Shown one piece after another: positions 33,851 to 45,372 of a stretch of 64,000 nucleotides of DNA. Source of the stretch: Candidatus Termititenax sp. GTDB lineage: Bacteria > Margulisbacteria > Riflemargulisbacteria > GWF2-35-9 > DYQY01. The position numbers and the translations under genes were made by a program. The notes under the pieces are model-generated. The model ran no database searches, had not been told where the DNA came from, and saw only the letters and a list, made by a program, of their open reading frames with translations. The stretch spans positions 268 through 64,267 of the forward strand of contig DYQY01000004.1 in assembly GCA_020719045.1 (NCBI GenBank), given 5' to 3'. Within the stretch, counting starts at the first letter, position 1; each line of letters starts with the position of its first letter.

Positions 33851-35238
33851 TTAATATTGTCTAGACTAATCTTTGATCTCTGAATTGTATCAGGAACTTT
33901 TACAGGATAATCACCATTAAAACAAGCTAAACACAAATGATCTTTCGGCAAATGAATAGCATTAACTAATCCTTTCATCGACAAATACCCTATAGAATCA
34001 ACATCTAATATTCTCCCAATCTCATCGACTGAATGATTAGCCGCTATAAGTTCTTTCTGTGACTCTGTATCTATCCCATAAAAACACGGCCATTTAACCT
34101 CTGGAGCGCTAATCCTCATATGAATTTCCTTTGCTCCAACCGATCTTAATAATTTAACAATCTTTTTGCTAGTTGTGCCTCTTACAATAGAATCATCTAC
34201 AAGAACAATTCGTTTATTCTTAATGGCTGAAATAATAGGATTAAGCTTGAGCCTTACACCAACCTCTCTAAGTAACTGATCAGGTTGAATAAACGTTCGT
34301 CCAATATATCTATTCTTAATTAGTCCTTCAGCAAAAGGTATACCACTTTCCCTTGAAAAACCAATTGCTGCGGGAGTTCCTGAATCCGGAACACTTATAA
34401 CAGAATCAGCATCGACTGGATGCTCTCTATATAAATTTCTGCCCATTCTAACTCTTGCTTCATATAAATTTTTACCACTTATGGAAGAATCTGGTCTTGC
34501 GAAATATAAAAACTCAAAAGCACAATTTGCAAGTCTATCCTGATGTTCAAAACCTCTATTTGTAGTTGTACCATTTTTTGTTATAACAACCATCTCTCCT
34601 GGCATTATTTCTCTCATATATTGAGCACCAACAACACCTAAAGCACAATCTTCACTTGCTATAGCATAACCGCCAGGTATCTCACCAAGAACCATCGGCC
34701 TAATCCCAAAAGGGTCTCGTAATCCAACAATCTTATCAGGCGCCAATACAATAAAACTATAAGCACCATGTAGTCTCTTTGCTACCTCACCAATAGCCTC
34801 TTCGATAGTATCTTTTTCTGACAATGTAATCATTGCAGTTATAAGTTCAGTGTCAGATGAACTATTAAAACGAAAACCTTTAGATAAACACCAGTCTCTT
34901 AATTCTTGAATATTAACTAGGTTACCGTTATGAGCCAAAGACATATACGTTCCTTTAAACATAAAAGCAAACGGATGTGCATTTTCAACTGTACATGAAC
35001 CAGTTGTAGAGTATCTTACATGACCGATAGCCATCTCACCTTTTGGCAAGGAATCCATATCTTCTTTAGTGAATGCCTGAGAAATAAGTCCTAGTTTTTT
35101 TACAGTATGAACCTGTTCCCCATTGGAAACAGAAATACCAGCACTCTCTTGGCCCCGATGTTGTAAAGCAAATAAACTAAAATACGTAGACTCAATAACG
35201 TTTAACTTATTAGAGTATATACCAAAGATTCCACACAT
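33841..35238 (-). CDS. purF: Amidophosphoribosyltransferase
   Basis: N-terminal MCGIFG, QHRGQE, GHVRYST, LVDDSIVRGTT, CFYGID, CLACF.G.YP. Confidence 0.97.
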   Translation of the reverse strand: MCGIFGIYSNKLNVIESTYFSLFALQHRGQESAGISVSNGEQVHTVKKLGLISQAFTKEDMDSLPKGEMAIGHVRYSTTGSCTVENAHPFAFMFKGTYMSLAHNGNLVNIQELRDWCLSKGFRFNSSSDTELITAMITLSEKDTIEEAIGEVAKRLHGAYSFIVLAPDKIVGLRDPFGIRPMVLGEIPGGYAIASEDCALGVVGAQYMREIMPGEMVVITKNGTTTNRGFEHQDRLANCAFEFLYFARPDSSISGKNLYEARVRMGRNLYREHPVDADSVISVPDSGTPAAIGFSRESGIPFAEGLIKNRYIGRTFIQPDQLLREVGVRLKLNPIISAIKNKRIVLVDDSIVRGTTSKKIVKLLRSVGAKEIHMRISAPEVKWPCFYGIDTESQKELIAANHSVDEIGRILDVDSIGYLSMKGLVNAIHLPKDHLCLACFNGDYPVKVPDTIQRSKISLDNIKSS

Positions 35239-37484
35239 TATTCTATTGTCATCACTTTTGAAATAGAATTATCATAAATATCTTTATACTCTTTTCCATC
35301 TATATCAATAAAAGTTTTACCATCAATTTTAATACTCAGAGAATCATTCTTCTGTGTTTTACCAACTAGTTCACAATCTTTCTCAAATATACCCTCAAAA
35401 GCATCTTTATTATTACCTGAAACAGTAACAACATATCTGCTTTGAGTTTCCCCAAAAAGAATACTATCATTTCTAAGTCCATTAGATTTAAAGTTAACAT
35501 CTGCACCAAGATTGTTCCCTTTCATACATTCAAGCATCGCAACAGCAATACCTCCATCAGAAACATCGTGAACTGAATTAACTAACTTTAACTTAATAGC
35601 TTTTAGAATTTTCGATTGCATTGCTACTTCATAATCTAAATCCATACCAGGACAATCTCCAGTAATTAAATCATGAGCAACCTTTAAATACTCCGAACCA
35701 CCTATTTCATCCTTGTTCTGTCCGACTAAGTATACAAGGTCAGAATCGTTTTTAAATGATATTGTCATTGGTTCAACATCTTTATCAAAAAGGCCTACAA
35801 TCCCAACAACTGGAGTTGGATAAACCCTTCTACTCTCTGATTCGTTATACAAAGACACATTACCGCTTATAACAGGTGTAGATAATTTTCTACATGCTTC
35901 TGCCATACCTTCAACTGACATATCTAGCTGAAAAAAAGAATCCTGCTTTTCAGGATTACCAAAATTTAAACAATTAGTCATCGCTAATGGTTTTGCTCCA
36001 GTACAAGCTACATTTCTTGCTGCCTCTGCTACTGCAATCTTGCCACCTACTAATGGATTCAAATAACAATATCGTCCATTTCCATCAGTTTTTACTGCTA
36101 TTCTCTTATCGGTACCTTTGATATATATAACTGCAGCATCAGCTTCTCCAGGATTAACGAAAGTATTTGTTTGAACCATATGGTCATACTGCTCATATAC
36201 CCATCTTTTAGAAGCGATGTTAGGAGCAGCTACAAGCTTTTTGAGGATAATATTGCTATTAGCTTCTGTTACATCCGCAACATCAGTGTTCTTAAACTCT
36301 CTAGTTTTAAGCAAATAGTCTGGAACTTTTCCTTTTCTTTCATAAACAGGAGCATCATCAGCTAGTGACCTAGCCGGAACTTCAGCAACTACTTTTCCTT
36401 TTTCTAATATTCTGAACATTCCATCTTTAGTTACTTTCCCAATAATAACGCCATGTAAGTCCCATTTTTTAATAATATTAAAAGCCTTCTCTTCTTTACC
36501 TTTTTCAACTATAACAACCATTCTTTCTTGGCTTTCTGAAAGCAATATCTCATAAGGAGTCATACCTGTTTCTCTTTGAGGAACCAGCGCTACATCAATC
36601 TCGATACCATGATTTCCTCTAGATGCCATTTCACTTAGAGAGCTTGTTATCCCAGCAGCTCCCATGTCACCCATGCCGACCACGCAGTCAGTCTTAAGTA
36701 ACTCCAAACATGCCTCAATTAACAACTTCTCTTGAAATGGATCACCTACTTGAACGGAACTCTTGTTCTCAGTACTCTCCTCAGTAAGCTCGACAGAAGC
36801 AAACGTAGCACCATGTATGCCATCTCTACCAGTAGAAGAACCAACATATAAAACATGATTTCCTTCGCCTTTTGCAACACCTTTAATCATTCTTCCGTAT
36901 AAAGAATCTATCTCTTTATCACCTGACTGTACTACTCCAACACACATAGCGTTAACTAAACAGTTATCAGAATATGCATCTTCAAAGCAAACTTCACCAG
37001 CAACAGTTGGCACACCCACACAATTACCATAATTACCAATACCTTTTACAACATACTCAAAAAGGTGTCTACTATTACTATCTTTGGTAATATCACCAAA
37101 TCTTAAAGAATCTAAGGCAGCGATTGGTCTAGCTCCCATAGCAAAAATATCTCTTATAATTCCACCAATACCTGTGGCAGCTCCTTGATAAGGCTCAATG
37201 GCACTAGGATGATTATGTGATTCAATTTTAAAAGAAAGACCTACGTCATCACCTAAATCAATTACACCAGAGTTCTCTCCAGGACCTAATAAGACATATT
37301 CACTTTTAGTTGGAAATTTTTTTAATACAAGTTTTGAGTTCTTATAACTGCAATGCTCTGACCAAAGTACTGAGTACATACCCAACTCATTAATATTTGG
37401 CTTTCTTCCTAATATTTCATTGATTCTTTCGTATTCTTGCATGGAAAGACCATGCTCTTTCACAATTTCCGGTGTAATTTCCAA
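35238..37484 (-). CDS. purL: FGAM synthase subunit PurL (small type)
   Basis: [50 protein letters not shown]. Confidence 0.97.
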   Translation of the reverse strand: MEITPEIVKEHGLSMQEYERINEILGRKPNINELGMYSVLWSEHCSYKNSKLVLKKFPTKSEYVLLGPGENSGVIDLGDDVGLSFKIESHNHPSAIEPYQGAATGIGGIIRDIFAMGARPIAALDSLRFGDITKDSNSRHLFEYVVKGIGNYGNCVGVPTVAGEVCFEDAYSDNCLVNAMCVGVVQSGDKEIDSLYGRMIKGVAKGEGNHVLYVGSSTGRDGIHGATFASVELTEESTENKSSVQVGDPFQEKLLIEACLELLKTDCVVGMGDMGAAGITSSLSEMASRGNHGIEIDVALVPQRETGMTPYEILLSESQERMVVIVEKGKEEKAFNIIKKWDLHGVIIGKVTKDGMFRILEKGKVVAEVPARSLADDAPVYERKGKVPDYLLKTREFKNTDVADVTEANSNIILKKLVAAPNIASKRWVYEQYDHMVQTNTFVNPGEADAAVIYIKGTDKRIAVKTDGNGRYCYLNPLVGGKIAVAEAARNVACTGAKPLAMTNCLNFGNPEKQDSFFQLDMSVEGMAEACRKLSTPVISGNVSLYNESESRRVYPTPVVGIVGLFDKDVEPMTISFKNDSDLVYLVGQNKDEIGGSEYLKVAHDLITGDCPGMDLDYEVAMQSKILKAIKLKLVNSVHDVSDGGIAVAMLECMKGNNLGADVNFKSNGLRNDSILFGETQSRYVVTVSGNNKDAFEGIFEKDCELVGKTQKNDSLSIKIDGKTFIDIDGKEYKDIYDNSISKVMTIE

Positions 37485-37509
37485 AGCAATCTCCTCCTGA
37501 TAAAATCTA

Positions 37510-38181
37510 CTATTTATTCTTCTGGAGTATTATTCTACCATTTAATTGTGGATTGCATAATAGCGTATCATCAGGAATATCAGAAAAAGTTTTCTGTTTT
37601 AAATAAATCTGATTGTTATCCATGTATTCAAGCACCTGCCCAGGAACAAAAGAACCTATTTCCTCATTCATATACCTATAAATTTTAACCATTGTAGAAG
37701 AAATATTCATACCTTTCTGTTCAAGTTCAACAATTTTAGCTTTTTTTAAAAAAGTTGTATTAATTTCTTTATAAACAACATCTTTAGGGAAATCTGGTCT
37801 ATTAAAAATATAAAAAGTAACTAACTCCATAAGTTCTTCTATTTTGTGCCAATTCTTAAGGTCAAGAATAACATCATAACCAACCAACAATCCTACATCT
37901 TTATTACCATTTTGAATAAAATGTTTAACAGTATCTATAGTATAAGAAATCCCTTTCTTAGCTATTTCAAAATCAGAAATCTCATACCGATTATTATCAG
38001 CAATTGCAAGTTTAACCATTTCTAACCTTTGTTCAGCACTTGCTTTAATGTTTTTTGCAAAAGCACTCTCGTAGCAAGGAATGAAAACTACTCTATCAGC
38101 AAACTCCAGTGCGTGCTTTGCTATATACAAATGTGCATTATGGATAGGGTCAAAGCTTCCACCAAATAATATTTTTTTCAC
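37510..38181 (-). CDS. nadD: Nicotinate-nucleotide adenylyltransferase
   Basis: [23 protein letters not shown]. The GTG start overlaps the rfbB stop (GTGA). Confidence 0.9.
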   Translation of the reverse strand: MKKILFGGSFDPIHNAHLYIAKHALEFADRVVFIPCYESAFAKNIKASAEQRLEMVKLAIADNNRYEISDFEIAKKGISYTIDTVKHFIQNGNKDVGLLVGYDVILDLKNWHKIEELMELVTFYIFNRPDFPKDVVYKEINTTFLKKAKIVELEQKGMNISSTMVKIYRYMNEEIGSFVPGQVLEYMDNNQIYLKQKTFSDIPDDTLLCNPQLNGRIILQKNK

Positions 38182-39254
38182 ACACCATCTCCATATTGCT
38201 TTGCATAATAGTCTGTATATGCACCAGAAGTAACATTTTCTAGCCAAGCTTTATTCTCTAAATACCAAGCAACTGTTTCCCTTATGCCATCTTCAAATAC
38301 ATATTTTGGTGACCAGCCAAGTTCATTCTTTATCTTTGAAGCATCAATAGCATATCTCATATCATGACCTAATCTGTCTTGAACAAATTTAATCAAACGC
38401 TTACTATTCTTTTCTCTGCCTAATGCATCATCAACTAAATCACATAAAAGATTAACGATATCTATATTCTTCCACTCATTATTACCACCAATATTATAAA
38501 CATCACCTAATTTACCATTCTCAAGCACTACATCAATTGCCTCACAATGGTCCATCACATATAGCCAGTCCCTAACATTAATTCCTTTTCCATAAACTGG
38601 TAAATTTTCTTGCTTAACAATATTATTGATAACTAAAGGAATAAGCTTCTCTGGAAACTGATAAGCCCCATAGTTATTAGAACAACGAGTAATAAGTAAA
38701 GGCATCTTGAAAGTTTCGTAATAGGCTCTAACTAGCAAATCACTAGAGGCCTTTGAAGCGGAATAAGGAGAATTAGGATTAATAGGTGTATCCTCTGTAA
38801 AATACCCTGTCTCACCTAAAGAACCATACACTTCATCTGTTGAAACATGTAAAAATCTCATATCAGAATCTTCTTTATTCCAGCTTTCCCTTAAAGCATC
38901 TAGCAGTATCTGAGTACCAACAATGTTTGTTTGAACAAATGGTGATGAATCTTTAATGCTTCTATCAACATGAGACTCAGCTGCAAAATGAACAATTCTA
39001 TTAACTTTTTGACCGTTTGGAGAATAATCACCACCTAATATTCTAAGAACTAAATCTTTATCTAGAATATCACCTTTAACAAAAACATATCTATTATCAC
39101 TAACTACTTCATCAAGATTAGACAGATTTCCAGAATAAGTTAATTTATCTAAATTAATAACTACACATTCCTGATTTTTATTCAGATAATACCTTATAAA
39201 ATTTGAACCAATAAACCCAGCACCACCAGTAACCAATACAACCTTCAAAATCAT
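38178..39254 (-). CDS. rfbB: dTDP-glucose 4,6-dehydratase
   Basis: TGGAGFIGSN, HFAAESHVDRSI, STDEVYG, YSASK, NNYG.YQFPEKLIP. Confidence 0.96.
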   Translation of the reverse strand: MILKVVLVTGGAGFIGSNFIRYYLNKNQECVVINLDKLTYSGNLSNLDEVVSDNRYVFVKGDILDKDLVLRILGGDYSPNGQKVNRIVHFAAESHVDRSIKDSSPFVQTNIVGTQILLDALRESWNKEDSDMRFLHVSTDEVYGSLGETGYFTEDTPINPNSPYSASKASSDLLVRAYYETFKMPLLITRCSNNYGAYQFPEKLIPLVINNIVKQENLPVYGKGINVRDWLYVMDHCEAIDVVLENGKLGDVYNIGGNNEWKNIDIVNLLCDLVDDALGREKNSKRLIKFVQDRLGHDMRYAIDASKIKNELGWSPKYVFEDGIRETVAWYLENKAWLENVTSGAYTDYYAKQYGDGV

Positions 39255-39296
39255 GACCTCCTAGATAAATTAAAAGACTATACCATTATATATATA

Positions 39297-40208
39297 TTAT
39301 TCAGGTTTTAATATCTTTTTTAGTTTTTCTACTGAAGAACGATAAATCCTAGATACCTGAGACTCAGACAAATGCACCTTTTCTCCAATATCAACCAACG
39401 TTAAATCATTAACTGTCTTAAGAGTAACAATCCTTCGTTCAACATCAGTTAACTGCTCCATTGCGTGTTTTAAAGTTACCTTGCTTTCAATCCTACCTGA
39501 AAACTCTTCATAATGCTTGTTTATGCCAATATACATATAAGCAGCATCGGATATCCATGTGTACAACCTGCTTGGATCAGCCTTAGTTAAGTACCTAATG
39601 TAGTCCCTCATAGCTCCATTGATTCTTGAGTAAGCAAAAGGCCACACTGCTGGATTATCAATTGGCTCCCAAACTCGAAGTGTCTGAAGAAACTCGACTC
39701 TTGCTATATTCATTAAATCATCTTTATCACTTGTTTTCATAAACCCAGGTAATTTTCGCAAATAGTTATTTACTAAGCTTCCAATTTTATAATCAAACTT
39801 CTCAAATAACATCTCGCTAAACCTACAAATAAGATACTCTTTCAAGTCTATACCTAACTCTCTCAACATTTCTCTTGGTAACTCATCGGGGCAATCGCCT
39901 GACATCAAATCTGTAAGCTTCTTTAATGCTCTTTTCTCAAGTAGCTCATCAACCCTTACATCTTTAAGCACAGTATCTTCACGATACTGGTCATACTTCT
40001 TTTGAAGCAAAACCGCATCTTCAAGGTGTAGTCCTGTAAGAATAACGTTGATTATTTCTAATGCAGAATTCTTGTATAGTTTTTCAACTTTTGCATCAAT
40101 TGTATTAGGTAGGTGTTTGAACTCAAATTTAGTACTTGTTGTATCAGAACTGTCGCCCCACCCAGACATTTCTTTACGAGAAAATTCTGTTTTTTTTGAC
40201 ATAGTCAA
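39297..40208 (-). CDS. Alternative sigma70-family factor, FliA/SigD-like, with N-terminal extension
   Basis: Region 2 (DDLMNIA...FAYSRINGAMRDYIR) and region 4 HTH (LTDVERRIV.L....DLTLVDIGEKVHLSESQVSRI). Confidence 0.8.
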   Translation of the reverse strand: MTMSKKTEFSRKEMSGWGDSSDTTSTKFEFKHLPNTIDAKVEKLYKNSALEIINVILTGLHLEDAVLLQKKYDQYREDTVLKDVRVDELLEKRALKKLTDLMSGDCPDELPREMLRELGIDLKEYLICRFSEMLFEKFDYKIGSLVNNYLRKLPGFMKTSDKDDLMNIARVEFLQTLRVWEPIDNPAVWPFAYSRINGAMRDYIRYLTKADPSRLYTWISDAAYMYIGINKHYEEFSGRIESKVTLKHAMEQLTDVERRIVTLKTVNDLTLVDIGEKVHLSESQVSRIYRSSVEKLKKILKPE

Positions 40209-40226
40209 ATAATAACAAAAATACGG

Positions 40227-40592
40227 TTAATTTATAAGTGTTTTGTCTAACTCTTTTTGTTTACAATGCCTATTAGCAAAAGACATCACTCTACTATTTA
40301 GATAATCGTCTGCCATAATAGCCTCACGAATGACATCAACAACATGAGCTTCCTTAAGTAAATCTTCTCCGAATTCAACTAATAAAGCATTTTTTATAAT
40401 ATTTTCGGCAAGTTCTTCGTTAGACATGTTTTTTGCTGGAATAATTCCACACAACTTAACAAAATCTTCTACATGATGAGTTTTTTCCTCAACATTCTTA
40501 GATAAGAACTCATTATTTGCTACTAAAATTGATAAAGGGCCCTCATTACTGTAATCCTTAACTTGATGAACTGTTTCATTAACGCTTAACAT
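40227..40592 (-). CDS. Hypothetical helical protein (about 121 aa) between the flhA-like gene and the sigma factor
   Basis: SD AGGAG immediately before ATG 40592. Same strand as, and tightly spaced with, the sigma gene. Confidence 0.7.
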   Translation of the reverse strand: MLSVNETVHQVKDYSNEGPLSILVANNEFLSKNVEEKTHHVEDFVKLCGIIPAKNMSNEELAENIIKNALLVEFGEDLLKEAHVVDVIREAIMADDYLNSRVMSFANRHCKQKELDKTLIN

Positions 40593-40623
40593 ATTTTCTC
40601 CTATTGTATTCAAATCATAAAAC

Positions 40624-40650
40624 TATCGTAAATGTAATGTAACAATTTCA
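40624..40650 (-). promoter_or_regulatory. Candidate alternative-sigma promoter TGAAAT-N16-CGATA
   Basis: Minus strand reads TGAAAT tgttacattacattta CGATA, ending 32 nt before ATG 40592. Confidence 0.5.
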
Positions 40651-40679
40651 CTATAATTCTATCGATATTTCTTAATCCA

Positions 40680-42779
40680 TTAATTATTAATAATCCCAAT
40701 AGACTGAACCTTAATCTGCGGAACAATTTCATTATACGAAAGCACTGCAAACATTGGGAAGTTTCTCTCAATGAATCTCTTGAAATGTGGTCTAAGTCTT
40801 GGCGAACATAATATAATTGAAGGCTTCTTAAGCTTATTAAAGTTCTTCAAGTGTTCCTTTATTTGTCCTAAGACACTTTCACCAAGCCCAGGATCCAATG
40901 CTAGGAACGAACCATACTCGCTTTGATGAATAGCACTTATCATGCTTTCTTCAAGTCTAGGATCAATAGTAACAACTGTTACAGTGTCTTCCTTATCTGC
41001 ATATTGCCCACAAATCTGCCTTGCTAGTGACTGCCTAACATACTCAGCCAATAAGTTTGTATCTCTAGAAACATGAGCATAGTCAGCAAGACGTTCAAGG
41101 ATTGTTGATAAGTCTCTTATGCTCACTCGTTCTCTTACCAAATTTTGTAATACTTTATGAACTTGTCCTAAAGAAAGCATGTCTGGAACCAACTCTCGAA
41201 CAATGGCTGCATTTGTATTCTTAACTAGCTCTAACAATGCTTGAACATTCTGCCTTGTCATTATCTCATCAGCATAACGCTTAATCGTTTCCGCAAAATG
41301 TTCAGAAACATAATCAACAATAGTTTTAGCAGGGACTCCAAGCTGTTGAAGCTTATCACCAAACTCTGCATTAACCCAAACAGACCGACTTCCATTAACT
41401 GGATCTGTTACTTCTTCACCATCAATACCTTTTTCTTTAAGTTCAGCCAAAGTCATACGCACATAGTAAGCATTGGTATAACCTTCACCCAATGCAACCT
41501 TTGTACCTCTAATCTCAACCTTATATTGATTAGGTGGTAAACTCAAATCATCCATAACTCGAACCCCAGGTATAACAAATCCAAGTTCTTGACCTATCTG
41601 ATATCTAACAAGTGTTATTCTTTCTAATAGCGGTCCATTTTGTGAAGGGTCAATAAGTGGAACCAAGTTTCTACCAGTTTTAACAGAAATTGGATCCAAT
41701 GCAAGTGTTCCAAGTAAGTTCTCTGGCTTCTTCATAGCTTCTTTTGCGGCTTGCTCTTCCTGCGCAGAAACTGAATCTTCTTCAACAGCACTTGCTTTAT
41801 TTAGTGTGTATCCTAATAAGCCTGACCCAATAGCAAGTGTTAAAAAAGGTATTGTAGGTAATCCAGGTACTATTCCAAAAAGAGCAAGAATTACACCAGT
41901 AAATAAAAAAACATCAGGCTTTTTAAAAAGTTGACGAACAATATCTGTACCTAAACTATCTTCAGAAGCAGCTTTAGTAATAACTAGACCTGTTGATATT
42001 GACATAAGAAGCGCTGGAATCTGTCCAACTAAACCATCACCAATGGTTAATGTAGCAAATGTTTCCAATGATAAAGCTAAATCCATATCTTGTTGAAAAA
42101 TACCAATGATAATACCACCTATTAAATTAACCAAAACAATGATTATACCAGCAACAGAGTCTCCTCTAACAAATTTATTAGCACCGTCCATAGACCCAAA
42201 GAAAGTAGCTTCTTTTTGAATGTCTGATCGTTTAGCTTTTGCTTCATTTGCATCTATCAGACCAGAATTAAGGTCAGCATCAATCGACATCTGTTTACCA
42301 GGCATAGCGTCTAAAGTAAACCTGGCAGCAACTTCAGCCACACGCTCAGAACCTTTTGTAATTACCATAAACTGAACAATTGTTATAATTCCAAAAGCAA
42401 CAGCTCCTACAACCATATTTCCAGACGTAACGAACTTAGCAAACGCTAAAACGACTTTCCCATCAAAATCAGAACCTAAACTTAATATCATTCTTGTTGA
42501 AGATATGTTTAAGGCTAAACGAAATAATGTTGTTACCAACAATATAGAAGGGAAAGAAGCAAAATCCAAAGGTTTATGCAAAAAAATTGCTACTAATAAT
42601 ATTACTATTCCAATAGAAATATTTAATACCATAAGTAAGTCCAACATAAAAGTTGGCATTGGAATAATCATTATGGCAAGAACCATAACAAGTAATATTG
42701 CAACGCCTAAATCATTAATAGGGAATCTTTTAAAAAATTCTTGAAAGTTAAAATCGCTCGCAAATGGAATTGATACCAA
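40680..42779 (-). CDS. flhA: FHIPEP-family type III export gate (FlhA/SctV)
   Basis: FPSILLVTTLFRLALNISSTR, RVAEVAARFTLDAMPGKQMSIDADL, GSMDGANKFVRGD, TIGDGLV.QIPAL, VLSYNEI. Confidence 0.9.
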   Translation of the reverse strand: MVSIPFASDFNFQEFFKRFPINDLGVAILLVMVLAIMIIPMPTFMLDLLMVLNISIGIVILLVAIFLHKPLDFASFPSILLVTTLFRLALNISSTRMILSLGSDFDGKVVLAFAKFVTSGNMVVGAVAFGIITIVQFMVITKGSERVAEVAARFTLDAMPGKQMSIDADLNSGLIDANEAKAKRSDIQKEATFFGSMDGANKFVRGDSVAGIIIVLVNLIGGIIIGIFQQDMDLALSLETFATLTIGDGLVGQIPALLMSISTGLVITKAASEDSLGTDIVRQLFKKPDVFLFTGVILALFGIVPGLPTIPFLTLAIGSGLLGYTLNKASAVEEDSVSAQEEQAAKEAMKKPENLLGTLALDPISVKTGRNLVPLIDPSQNGPLLERITLVRYQIGQELGFVIPGVRVMDDLSLPPNQYKVEIRGTKVALGEGYTNAYYVRMTLAELKEKGIDGEEVTDPVNGSRSVWVNAEFGDKLQQLGVPAKTIVDYVSEHFAETIKRYADEIMTRQNVQALLELVKNTNAAIVRELVPDMLSLGQVHKVLQNLVRERVSIRDLSTILERLADYAHVSRDTNLLAEYVRQSLARQICGQYADKEDTVTVVTIDPRLEESMISAIHQSEYGSFLALDPGLGESVLGQIKEHLKNFNKLKKPSIILCSPRLRPHFKRFIERNFPMFAVLSYNEIVPQIKVQSIGIINN

Positions 42780-42844
42780 AATACCCCCCTAATACATGGT
42801 TACTTATTGAATTATAGCCTGCAAGTTAAGCTTTTTTAAGATGT

Positions 42845-43102
42845 TTAGGAAAAAACTTCTATAATATCTTTATCAACAGAGGCAATTGCATTATTTACAC
42901 TTATCTTTTCTAGTCTTGTCTCAACACCAGACTCTGACTCTTCAGATATAAATAACTCAACTTCTCCATCTACATGAGCTATCAAAGACATATGCTCAGG
43001 CAAAATCGTAGCATCACCTATAGTGGAAGGCAGAAATACTTTCTCCACCTTCTCATATACTTTTTGACTAAATAAACTATTTATACTTACTTTAAGCGAC
43101 AT
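42845..43102 (-). CDS. atpC: F1 epsilon subunit, N-terminal domain only
   Basis: Last gene of the atp operon. LPS..GD.TILPEH motif. 85 aa, with no C-terminal helices. Confidence 0.8.
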   Translation of the reverse strand: MSLKVSINSLFSQKVYEKVEKVFLPSTIGDATILPEHMSLIAHVDGEVELFISEESESGVETRLEKISVNNAIASVDKDIIEVFS

Positions 43103-43104
43103 AA

Positions 43105-44511
<1,407 letters not shown>

Positions 44512-45369
44512 TTATGACTTCATTCCTTCGGCACCTGCGACTATTTCTGTTAATTCAGTAGTAATAGCGCTCTGACGTGCTCTGTTAAATAACAATGTTA
44601 ATCTATAGATAAGGTCTCCAGCATTATCAGTAGCACTCTCCATCGCAGTCATTCTAGAACCTTGCTCAGCAGTACCACTTTCTAATAAATACCTTTGCAC
44701 TTTTGAATATATATATTTTTTTGTAAGCTCATCAATAAGAGAGCTTTCAGATGGCTCAAATACAAACTCATCAACTTCCGTGACTTCAATGTGCTTAAAA
44801 TCACTCATTTCAATAGGCAATAATTCCTCAGACTTAATATTCTGAACTATAGCAGATTTAAACTCGTTATAAATAACAACAACCTTAGCATATCCACCTG
44901 TTACATAAAATTCTATAAGCTTATCAACTAATGGTTGAATTTCTTCTACTGATAATGCCTCTGAAACGCCTGTAAACGAACCGACTAAATTATACTTACT
45001 CTTCTTGAAATAATTTGCAGCCTTATTACCAACAGCAAAAACATCTTCTCCAGCAGGAACAGTATCCATTACATTTCGAAATATGTTCTGATTAAAACCA
45101 CCGCATAAACCTCTATCAGATGAAATTACAACATAAATTAATTTACCATCTTTTGCATTAAAGAAATCACTGCTGATATCAAGAGTTCTTGCAATAATGT
45201 TAGCCATTAATATGCTCAAGCCTTCTGAATACTTTCTTAATTTGTAGATAAGTGCCTGATTCTTTTTAAACTTAGCAGCAGCTACAAGCTTAAGAGCAGC
45301 AGTAATCTTCTGTGTTTTCTTAACACTTACGATTCTTCTTTTAATATCTCTGATGTTTCCTCCAGCCAT
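44512..45369 (-). CDS. atpG: F1 gamma subunit
   Basis: IKRRI.SVK.TQKIT.A, SDRGLCGGFN, RMTAM..ATDNA, RQ.AIT.EL.EIV.GA. Confidence 0.97.
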   Translation of the reverse strand: MAGGNIRDIKRRIVSVKKTQKITAALKLVAAAKFKKNQALIYKLRKYSEGLSILMANIIARTLDISSDFFNAKDGKLIYVVISSDRGLCGGFNQNIFRNVMDTVPAGEDVFAVGNKAANYFKKSKYNLVGSFTGVSEALSVEEIQPLVDKLIEFYVTGGYAKVVVIYNEFKSAIVQNIKSEELLPIEMSDFKHIEVTEVDEFVFEPSESSLIDELTKKYIYSKVQRYLLESGTAEQGSRMTAMESATDNAGDLIYRLTLLFNRARQSAITTELTEIVAGAEGMKS

Positions 45370-45372
45370 AAA

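Noticed and set aside
38182-38247. N-terminal extension of nadD
   Set aside because: It lies within rfbB. The GTG at 38181, coupled to the rfbB stop, fits the family start.
40660-40686. Second CGATA upstream of the 121-aa ORF
   Set aside because: The hexamer at 16-nt spacing is TAATTA, which does not match the motif.
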